DNA from: Tubiluchus corallicola
Taxonomy: Eukaryota; Animalia; Priapulida
Assembly: GCA_030141605.1 (NCBI GenBank)
Contig: JAQGDQ010000001.1
Location: 372,001-436,000, forward strand
Reading direction: 5' to 3'
DNA: 64,000 nucleotides
Shown here piece by piece: positions 38,901-50,900 of this stretch. The notes under the pieces were generated by a model. It was not told where the DNA came from and made no database searches. It saw nothing but the letters and a program-made list of their open reading frames with translations. Every line of letters starts with the position of its first letter. Within the stretch, counting starts at the first letter, position 1. The position numbers and the translations under genes were made by a program.

Positions 38901-41900
38901 GACCCAGACTCTGGTTATACAACATCTTAGCTTCACCATGGCTTTAAAATAAAAAAAAACTATTAGTTATTGGTATAGTTTCTTAATTTAGACGTTGAAT
39001 TTTTCTAAACTAATTAACTAATTTTGATGTAAATATCTGATTTTGCTTTCTTTCTAGAATATCTATAATAATCATTATTACTTATTAAAATCAAGCCAAC
39101 AGAAAAGAAATATTCCGAGAAAGATAATTGTGGTAGGTCAGTGAGGAGCATACAACAAGTTCTAAAGAATTCACAAAAGGATTTTTAGAGTAATATTAAT
39201 AGGTCTGTGTTGTCAGGAAATATTGATCAGTTTGCTCTGTCGAAACAGGATTTCATATCACGAGTATGAGGTCCTGAATTTATGACCTGCATTTCTAATT
39301 TCTCAAACAAACAATGGCTACAGCAGCTGTCAGTATCCCAAACTGCCATTAAATGTACTTAATACAATAAAAGCTCTAAAAGACACTAGAGTTCAATTGA
39401 GTACCACATATGCTCAGAGTTACACGAATGCAATTAAATCTCATTATAAAATTTGTGATTAAGATATCAAAGTTACCGTCTATAGTACTGAAGCAGGTAA
39501 AATGGAATGCATCGTTGTAAAATTCCAATCCGATTATGGCAAATATAACAATAGCAAAAAGCACCAACAAGGCAATTTGCAGCAGAGGTGCCATTGCTCG
39601 TATGATGGACTTTAGCACCACCTGGAGGCCTAAAAAGGTAAGATAGGCACAAATTTACATTAAGAGTATAACCCTTTCACATAAATTCTTTATTTTAATT
39701 ATTGGTCGATATCGCGTACACAGAAAAAAGATGGCTGGCTACAGTTCTATGTGAAATAGTAGCCCACTAACTTTTATTGCCGCCAGGACAGTTTAAATGC
39801 AGATTTGATTAATTTCCAAAAAATGGGCATTATGGCAAAAAGGAGTTCCACAACTTGCATTTGCTGGATGAGCAAAACACTGAAAACAATTACTCAAGAT
39901 CCGAAATGTTATAAGTAGCTAAAATGAGAAACCTGGGGCTAGATCAATGTTCTCATTTTGTTCATACAATCGTTTGGACAAAGGATTGCAGAATTACATG
40001 GTATAGATCAAAGCTTCTTAACTTAAATTTCGTAAATGGCTTTGTGAAATTTCATATAAGAATGGTTATTAAATGCCACTTATTCATCTTCTTATACAGT
40101 TCGCAAGTTTCGGAGTGAGATCATTTTTGTGAATATACTTAAAGCAAAACAGGACAATTTTTCATATACTACCTCATTTTGAAGTAGGAAAAATGTACAA
40201 AATTTAACACGTGTAATAATCCATAAGCATTTCTGATAATTAAATAATAGGTTAAAAACTTAATTAGCAGCTGGCGAGCCCAGCTAGTGAAGACATCAGA
40301 AACGAACATACTTTTCAACAGAACGAACATGCCATGAGCGTGTTGCACATGTTTGCAAAAGCGAAAATTGAAGTACAGTGCTTTTGTACAATATTCAGTG
40401 CAATATACAAAGACTCTGCAAATTTTAAGATAAACATTGAAATTTTAAATTTACTGCTATGCGCACGCATGAGTTCTCGAACGTATGTATTATATCACAA
40501 ACAAACAGCTTTGAAATGAGAGATACAGCACCTGCTTTTTATGCAATGTGTTTCCAAAATGCAAGAGTTAGTGCCCATCTAACTAACGAATGGTAAAATT
40601 CGTGTAACACTGAAGAATTAGCCGCGGGAACACAAAATTACTTGTCGACACTCGATACATTATTACTAGTACTACAAAAATTAACACGTCTGAAAAAAGA
40701 ATATACGAATAGGAAGAAATATTTTAATAGTGTGCATAATTAAATTAATTACCTAGTTACTTATGAAATACATCCATATTGTATGTCTTGTATATATGTT
40801 AAAATTATTATGGGTGAATTGAAGAGAAAATTCAATATTACGACAGAGTTTTACTTGCAGGATCGTGAATTCAAGCCTTAACGCTGGAAAGACACTAGAT
40901 TGATAATACAATAATAGTTAAAATAATAAAGGAGAAACAAAATTATATTAAACAACCACAAGAGGCCTTTTGAATCTGAACTGTCACAAAATGCAGCATA
41001 CCCAGTTGTGCACCTGCCTTCGCTTGATATCCTTTGGGGGAGTTATCCCCTAGATCCTTTACTGAAAAGAATTTTATTTGCGCTTAGGGCCTAACAAGTT
41101 TGGCCCCGCATTTCTTACAACAGGCACGATTGCCATTCGCCAGCCTTTGAAAACTATAAGAAAGAAATTAAACCATGCAGGCAACATGTATTTGTGTAAC
41201 CCAAAATGCGAAGAAATTTAATAGTGAGCAATTCTGCATCGTGATGACATAATTAAATTTTATTAATTTGGCACATTATGTAATAAAGTCCTCCCGCCAC
41301 GATATCCCTAATACGCGCAATCTTGTTTTATAGCGTAGGATTACTTACTACAGAATGTGGTGTCTTACGCACGCCAAGCCCCAACAAACAATAAAATGTA
41401 CAACAAAAAGAATAAACTAAAAAATAATTGTGTGTGTAATTAACCAAACTCAATAAAATTATATGTAACAAACATTACAACAAAGTGAAACAAAAATAGT
41501 TGCATTAACATAATGACATAAACAATATTGTTCTTGAAAGAACTTAAACACTGGTAATGATCATTGACTATATATTGACAACTGAAATTGACCAGTGACC
41601 TTATCTATTATTAAATTTTCATCATTTTAATGTCAAGATTATCATTAGTGATGACAACAACCCACAATTAATTAAATTTTAATACTAAATTCTTTTTATA
41701 AGTGTCAAGATTAGTCTAGTAGCATCTTCAGAAAAGTAAAACCCTGCATGCGCTTTTTTGTAAAAGTGGGCAATATAGCCAATCTTATCAATTTGACTAT
41801 TCTGAGTACGGAAAACGCTTTGCCAGCTCGAAAAATTTGCGGAAAGGCGTTAAAAACGCAAAAAGCAAAATGACGCCAAATTTTTGCACATACAATGTAA

Positions 41901-44900
41901 ATTAAGAAACATTTTCAGAAAATTAACATTAAAAAGTTGATAAATTATGATATGACATCTATTCCAGGGTAGTTGGACCCGATGAACCCATTTCATAAAT
42001 TACCAGGAACTAAACACCAAACAGGACGATATTAGGTCAACGCCTTGACTACACAAAATATACGAAGAATGAATTATCTTAAAAGTTCACAGTCGCTTTA
42101 CATTATACTAAGAGTACTCGGCATCCTCAAAGGAATAGACACTTTAATAGCTCAATATTTTCCTTGGGATTAACAAAACTTTGGATGCTTATTGCTTAAG
42201 GTTGATTTGTATATCTTGATATAGGCCTACGTTTTTAATACCAAACCTCAGTGCAAGTTTTTCAAACAAAGGATTCCTCGATCATTTAACTACCGTGTAT
42301 TCCACTTGTAAGTGGCACAAAATACATCTGCCACAGTGTCAATATCAAATTTCGTGGGATTTTATTTATACTCCCTGTATAGTCTCATAGTTCTATATAT
42401 CCTAATTTTTTATATTTTAGTTACCCCTTCTATTATAAATGTAATTTTAAAAAATTCTGGTCGTATTCTTCATCGAAACTGTCAACCTACGATTTATAAC
42501 ACTCTTTTGTTTTACATCTAGCTTTCCCCTTTTATTAAATTTATGAGCTAAGACTTGCCTTTGGTGGAAGAAGACGAAAGGTATTATTTCCATCAATCAG
42601 CACTATCATTACTATGTATAACACGCCCCAAAATTACTCTACAATGACCGCGTAACCTAGTTGGCTGTTGCTTTATTACTTTTCCCCATACATTCTGTTG
42701 AAATCCATTACATAAACCACTGCACGGGAAACAAACGAAGCTCTAATGTGACCCGGGTTTTACAAATCAATAAGACGTTTAACGCACAAACGACCGTGAA
42801 GGCTAAAATAAAGTCCAAAAGCGTAGTTCATGCAACCGAGTACTTCGTTATCCTCCATGCGAAGAGAAAGCCACAGCAGCACTGAATCGATGAAAAGGCT
42901 TCGCGGCAGTGATTTAGGTTCATGGATTTTACCGTCTTAGATATTGCTATGAACGCGCATTTTGTCAGCCACAAAACTCGCGGCCTTGTTAGTGCTTACT
43001 AATTTACAAATACATCGTGCATTATTTACACCCAAAATTGTGCACGCTTTTGTAAGTTTATAAAATTTAGTTTAAGTTGGATAATGACGCTCATATCATG
43101 TTTATCTGAGTTTTCTCGTAAGCTAGTCCCCCTGCCATTGGCCTGCCACAAATCAATTACAGATTAATTACAAATCAATCAAATACAATATCAATTACAA
43201 TTAAAAAAATAAAATCATATTAAAGATTTACTAAAATGAGAGATGATAGGCAGGCATCTAGTTTCTAAAAATCTCATAAAAGGAGCGCATAGTTACGAAG
43301 CGATTTGACGTAATAAAAATTAAGTTTGAGTGACAATTAGGTCTACTGCACCCTAAAATTAATTTATTCACTCTAACTTTGATTACTGTTGTTATTGTTT
43401 ACATACTTGGAATTCCAGAAACTAATTTTAGAGGACGTAGCACCCGAATGGCTCGAAGAATTCGCAGGTCAAAAGACCCAGGAAATAACTCTGGTACAGC
43501 AGTTATCAACCTGAAGCAAAAAATAATTAATTTCAGCAGCTGACAGTAAGCACTGTATATAGCCAAATCCAGGTATCACTTTCAAAATATTTTTCCAAAT
43601 CCACCTACAACGTACTTTCAAAAATTTTGTAGACTGAAGTATATTGGCTGTAAATTTATCACAGTGTCGAACTTTTTGTTTACATTCTTTCAAATATGTA
43701 GACTGTAGAATGAATTGAAGTGAAATGTAAATCGTGAAATTGGCTTAAAGGCAGTGGCGTTAATACACATGAGAACATTTACTACTCCACAATAATTATA
43801 AAGCTCACACAAAAGTTTTCTCCTTGGCAAATGAGAAAGGATCCTATAGTACAGTCTCTTCGAGTGCAACGTTACGCATAACTTCATTTCAGTAGTCTTC
43901 AGATTAAGTTAGAGCTAACACGTGACTAAAGGTGCGTGTTTGTAGTGACGCCCACATGACCCAAGTGTTAAAACATTAAGAGAATATTCGCTTTAATGTG
44001 AGAACAATATCAGATTTTTAAATAAGGTAACCACGAAGTCTTTAAACGCGGGTAATATAGTTTTGTAAAACATAAAGACATTAACGTTTATTTTATGTGT
44101 TGTGAACGCGAAATTTCGAGGAAATCGTTCAAGTAAAAACTGATAACTTACCCTGTAACAACGACTATAAAATCTAGTATGTTCCATATATTTCTAAGAT
44201 AAGATCCTTTGTGAAGAATAAATCCCAAAGCTATTATTTTTAATACTGCTTCCACGCAAAATATTCCTAGAAAATATGCTTCTGTTTTTTCCTGAAACGA
44301 AAAATCAAAGAAGTCGTGAACAGGCGGAAAACTGTTACTGATATATGTCTTCGTTATTAAGCTTTGAACGCAAAATGAATATGTTTGAAAAACCCTTTTG
44401 CATAACTGCTTGGCACATGGAAGAGGGCAATACAGTGAATGAATTCAGATCCAAATTCGGGAGCGGAACGTCGTGACCGTGTTTCACTAGGCAACATAGT
44501 ATCTACTAGTTTCGCGACTCTAGCCCTCTGCATTTGAGAGCTAACAAGAATTAAAATTAAAGACCCAATTTTCACATTTTGGTTCTTGTCTCGGGCCCTT
44601 AAACAATTGCAAGGTATCTAGCCATATGGTTGTTAGAGCCCTTACCCCAGGTTTCTAACCTGCAAGTTTCGTGACTCTAGTTACCGTAGTTTTAGGTATT
44701 CAGTATTATGCACATTGGCGCCTGTTTAGGTCTTAAAGAATCTTAGCTTTTTAAAAGCCCAGGTACACATCTACCCCATTGGATTCTCAACACTTACGAA
44801 AAAATTAAATTTAAATCAAAGCTTTACTCGACGTTTAATAAAAATTGAAAGGGTGACCTACGTCTAGTGTCCTTGACCATTCGATCGCGATCACTGGTTC

Positions 44901-47900
44901 GCCACATCATTCCATCTTAAAGGCTCCACTCCAGGTGTTTACCCTAAAAATTTTGCGACAATAGCCCTCTTTGTTCGCGAGTTAATATAACTTAAAGCTG
45001 GATGGCCCTAGTTTCACATTTTGGCTGTTGTCTTGAACCCAGCTTTTTAAATTACCCTATAGCTTGAGCCCTCAGCTCTTGAGTCCTTGACCCGTTGACC
45101 GAGATCACAGTTTACCACATTTCCTTCAACGCCATTACCACAGATACATACTCTGTAAGTTTCGTGACTCTAGTCCTCTGCATTTGCGAGTTAACTCGAA
45201 TTAGAAGGAGGAAAACTGGATGCGTATGAATTTTGCTAGATCCACGACGCTAGCGCTCGCGTGCCAAAAATAATAATAATAATAGGTGGTGAAGGGCGGT
45301 CACGGCGATGACAACAATTAATATAACAGCTACAATAAAAGATACTTTAATTTTTCGCAAAAATATTTTGCTCATCGTTGCATTTGTATCGACATCAAAT
45401 AATCGTCTTTATATTAGATATTTGAACTTATATCTAACTTGCACCGCACTGATTGGTCTAAGCCATGTTATAAATCATTAATGAAAATTGTCGCACTATG
45501 TGTTCTTTTTATATTAATGATATTAATATATATAATTCATTGATTTCTGGTATTCTTGATATCTTTTTTTTAAAAATAATGATGGTTATCACAATTGTAG
45601 TCAGGGTTGGATTAATTGAAGTAAATGTTACACTAGATTGGTATCATGATATACGATTGACACGAAACGTCACACGAAAATACCAGACGAATTATGTATC
45701 GGCTGATTGCATTAACATTATTTTGAGAAAAAGCGCAAGGCTCTGCAAATTTGTAATGGATCGTCACGAACCTTTACAAGAACACACTAGAATGCATTCC
45801 ACCACGACTACCGGAGTCGGTTTTCGATCTGCCATTTTGAGTTTATGATGACAGCGATATCATTATTTTCAAAAAAGCTTCAACTTTGTGTAATTGGCGA
45901 TTCTATTTTGGCGTCCAGCCTGGATAAATTATTATTCAACTATACATAATTTATCTGCGATATTTGTCTGTATACCTGTATTTGTTTCCTGTATAATTAA
46001 AGCAATATGCTTAACATTTCCTATGTTGGTGGCTTCTGTGTAATTGACCAAACCACATCGTCTAACCTTGAAATAAATGGCGACTTTCTTTTTTCTATGC
46101 GCGGCTGGGCAGGGCCTGAATCAATCAGTCGGTCTGGTTAAAGTTGTGAAGCTATTTGTTTTATAGATCTGGTCAAACAATTTGGTCATAAAGTTAAATT
46201 TTATTAAAACGCGCTATTTAAAGTATTAAAGTATACTGAGTTGGAAACTAACTCTTTAGTCTGGTGCTTAATTACCCTGTGTCTCACGGATGCTAGGCGT
46301 TTTCAATACGGGTTTTCGACACAGGCTATTTCAACACGAATTAAGCCCGCTACAAAATACAGCACATGTTGACTATCTGCTGTACTCGATACAATGCGTT
46401 ATTTTCAATGATTCTGATAGTTCTTAATTTAAGAGCTATAAATAATTAGAAGCAGAAAGAGAGAGGAAGAGGAGTATTGAGATAGAGAGAGGGGGGAGAA
46501 CCGGATGAAGCGGGATAGAGAAAAATACGAGAGGCAAGAAGGCAAGAAGGCGAGAAGAGAGAGAAATTGTGAGAGGGGGTAAGGAGGGAAGGAAGTAGAA
46601 AAGAAGAGTCAAACGGAAAAAAGAAAGGGAAGGCTTTATCCTACTAAAATAGCCGATCTTGCAGCTAGGGAAACGCAACAGCGATTTTCTTTTAAAAATA
46701 TTTCTGGGAAACGGACCTAAACCCACGACCAATAGTTGTATTGGAACTTGTTATAACATATCGCCGCTCATCTTAGAATTTTAAGTAGTACCGCTACAGG
46801 AGCTGTGGTCTATTCATGAATGACTAATTAATTTAGTGATCTCACAACTACACTATGAATCACCAATGATTTAGTGCTTATGCTATACGACAGTACGTGA
46901 CGCGGTTTTTCTAGATTAAACTCGGAAGTGAGTCAAAAATCCACTTGACAAACTCGCCCTGTATTCTAATAAGAAAGTACGAATTATTGCAGTCAAAGTT
47001 CCGAAACAGCAATAAAATTTAACCTTAAATAAAAATTTTGCCGATTTTGCTTGCTTAAATGGGCTTCCTTAATTATATTGTATTCGTTTGTTTCTGTTGC
47101 TACATTTCAGGCTAAGTTAAATATGAAATACGCCATACAATTTATTCTAGACTTTTCACACATACTGAACTTCAAATTAGAGTTTAAAATGTATCTAGAA
47201 TAGAAATTTCATGATATCTGTAATGCAGAAAATAGAGAGCAAGCTCAGTGACTATGATTGCAAAATAAGAAATGAAATAGTTCACACACTTAGGTATCTA
47301 GTTTCCAGTTTCCAGTTTAGGATCTCATTAGGGACTGTTCTGGATAATGGGTTAATTTTTAGTACACCTTCATTAAGAAGCCCGACCGTTTAATGTGAAG
47401 AACAGTATAAAAAAGAACTTTCGCCTGCCACTACAGAACTGAGATCGCTAAAGTGAAAATGATTTTCTAATGCATTTATTGTAAATAATGTTACAATTCT
47501 TACAATTTTACGACAGAAAGAAATGTCCCGGTCTAGAAATACGATGTAGAAGTATTACAAATTTTAAAAAGGAACGTTTTTACTTCCCTGGAACCTTTTT
47601 CAACATTGGAATAAAAACTTGCTGTCTCTTACAGTTAACAAACACACTAAGAAGGAAACTACTAACTGAGGTAAATATTGTAAAAGGAAAGTTTATTACT
47701 GACATTTGTTATAAAAATAGATATTTCAATGGCCTACAAAGTTTTGTTACCATTACTCAGCTTATATGCAAGATAGGTCTGTTTGGTTCAAAATCAAATA
47801 GGCGTAAAATTTCTCTTAAACTATCTGAGATTTGGTATATATGTATATAATCTGCGTAACAATTTTAATAGCTGCACGTATATATTTTTGGTTATAATTT

Positions 47901-50900
47901 CGGTGCTATTGTATTTGCTGTAGTTAATCACTTAATGCATCATCAGTGCATCAGTAATCTATGTACTTAAAGCATATAATTAAAACTTAACCTGCATCTG
48001 GATGCCCACTCACATAGACATGTATTTTTAAAATAACAGATTGTTCATCGTCGTCGTTGTCATATTCAAAGTTCAGCGAATTCGCTACATAGCATAACAA
48101 TATTCATAACTATACCTACACGTAAAACTATAACCATGACCTTGACTACAACTGCAACTACGACAATATTACTATAACTGCAAGTGCAACTGCAACTAGA
48201 TAAGTAACATGTAAATATGGTCGTATGTACGTTTTATTGCTAATGAAACCTGCAATGCTTATTTTTTATAGTTTTCCTAGTTTCTATAGTTTTAGATGCT
48301 ACAATAACAAAATGACTGTTTTTAAAACTTATAAAACTACAAATTTACAGCCTGTACTATACTATAATAAACATATAACTGCCTACGAGAATCGCATTTG
48401 CAGGTAAACAGTCGCGTGATGGTTGCAAATACATTTGTTTGGAACGGTTGACAGAAATTATGTTAATACATCCAAAAGTAAAACATTTAATTTGTACATT
48501 AATAATCATTACGACATGCTATACGTACCAGACTTTGAGCAAGCTGAGTTTTGTCACCGTTCGGTAGATGCTCTTCCAATGCCAAAACTACACAGTTTGC
48601 GATGATAGTGAGTAAAACTCCATATTCAAACGGCGTAAACACGACATTAAGGAATTATAATAAAGATTGTCATCCAGCATCAGCATCAGCATCACAAATA
48701 TCGTCGTTATTTTCTTCCGACGCCCCACCACCACTACTATTTTACCACTGTTGCGGTGCCACCACAACCACCATCATCACCGACACCAACACCAACACTA
48801 TTACCGCCACTACCAAAACCTCCAGCACCAACACCAGCACCACTATTATCATCTTTTTAAATCACACACCACATAACGATTGATTATTGTTTTCACTTGA
48901 GTTTTTTTATATATCTGTTATAGTTACAGTTTTTCCACCTTCTTTATCTTAAATTTTCCTCCCACAGTTTTGAAGTTGTACGTACGTTTCCGGGAAAAAT
49001 ATGAAATTTGGTGCATAACACCAAATTTTACACACATTTTAGATTTTGACTGCGTTAGTACCCTTCCCCAGCTGATGAAACATAATTCTCGATCGTGCAC
49101 CAGATTTCTACTCCTGTCTACTAGGGGAAAACAGTATGCAAATTTTTGAACTTTGACCTTGACAGACCAATCTATTATAATCTAGAGCAAGTTTGGCAGC
49201 CCTTGCAGTTTTACCCTTTCTCTTACAGTGTTTTCCGTATCGTTATTTTCTTGGGTTTTGCAGGAAATTTAGAAAAAAAATTCCAGAAAAATGTTCTTCC
49301 AAATTTTTGACCAACAGGAGCCATGCAAAACCCAGGGAACATTTAACATAAAAAATAGCAGAGGCATGATCCAGTGGTGATGATCGGCATTTAGTAATCA
49401 TACTTAAGCTGTGACTGCGTGACTGCCGGGTTTAATATTCACTCTGGGCGATTTCGTTCGCCAAATTGATTCCGACTATTTCACCTATTGAGGGAGAATG
49501 CATTCACACCCCTACTTTCACAATGTGCAAAAAATCCGGTTGTGGAACAACCATTCAGTTCAATTGCCTACACAACACTGATGATGAAACCCGTAATTTT
49601 GAAATATGTTTTTTGTTTTGGTAAGAAAGATACAACCTTACCATCCATGAATTCGTCTACGATTTTTGTTGTAGATATATATATATATATCTTGCATACA
49701 CATTGTACTTATTGTGGCAGTTTGGAATAAATAAACAAAATAAACAGAACAACTACGATTTAAGTTGGATACCTGGTATGTATATACTCTGATTTCTTTG
49801 TCAATTTAAGATTTTTAATTTACTGTATCTATGATCTTATCATTTCATTGGTACACTTATTACTATTCACTATAACAGTACCATCCATTTTAATGATTTT
49901 TTACTATAGTGCTATACATGGCACCTATAAAATGAAGATTTTTATGTCGTTTAATTGAGTCTAAACCTTTGAAGGGCTGAAATTTCATGTGTAGAGCCCT
50001 GGACCAACCACACAATATTCTTTGCAGAATGACACAATTTAGAAGTTACAACTTCTGATTCTAGATGGGGGATTCAGCTGCATCAATGCGATTCCTAGTG
50101 AAGTGAAATCCCGGCACCCATTTACCAGCGTATATGAAGCCATCCCAACTCAATTACATCAACTCCAACTCAATTACCATTTTCTCAAGAGAGAAGAATC
50201 AATAATGTCCTGACAATGGGAATGCAGCAGAAGCATGTCAAATGCTGTAACAGGAAGTGAATACGACGGCAACCGTACTTTTCATGCTAAGCAGGTACAT
50301 GTGTTAATCATTGCATTATGACTCCCGTTTACCAAATATAAACTCTTTAGCGTAGAGAAGAAAATTTCAAGGTGACCAAAGTTTATATCCTACTTTGGAC
50401 AAATTTGTTGCGAAATGTACGCTGAAAATGCTAAAAACCTATAAACTACAGTCATTCAGCTTTCAGTACAAGTAACTACAAACTTTCTTTTCTATACCGG
50501 GAACTGTCCAGTCTGAAATACACCATTCAGTGGCAGAAACTTATTCAACGTGCACGTTCATGGCGAGACCAGAGATTGGCTCATTATCAAGAATGTGCCT
50601 GAAAGGTGAGCCACTGAATCGGCCCGGCTAAGATGTCACTGGGCCACGCGTCTACGTCCTCCATCAGTGAAGTAAACAGATAGAATCACTATGGTGAATG
50701 GAACCGTCCAGAGTAAATATCTACCGAATTAGCCGGTCACCCATCCATTCCCTAGCCGCGAAGTAGTTTCGCAGCCAAGGCCTCTATTAGTCAGAAAAAT
50801 CATCATATTGAAATGCTTGATTCTAATCTACTGTCAGTCAAACGACTCTGAAAATATTAATTAAAACAACTTTGGTCATCTTTAGTATGTAAGTGATTGG

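Noticed and set aside
39630-44151. Second IS4 exon as in Drosophila cac IS4A/IS4B
   Set aside because: Only one S4-like exon (43407-43510) found by eye; a divergent copy would need tBLASTn to exclude.
48551-48883. His-rich and Thr-rich plus-strand ORFs
   Set aside because: Low-complexity trinucleotide tract overlapping the antisense of a real exon.
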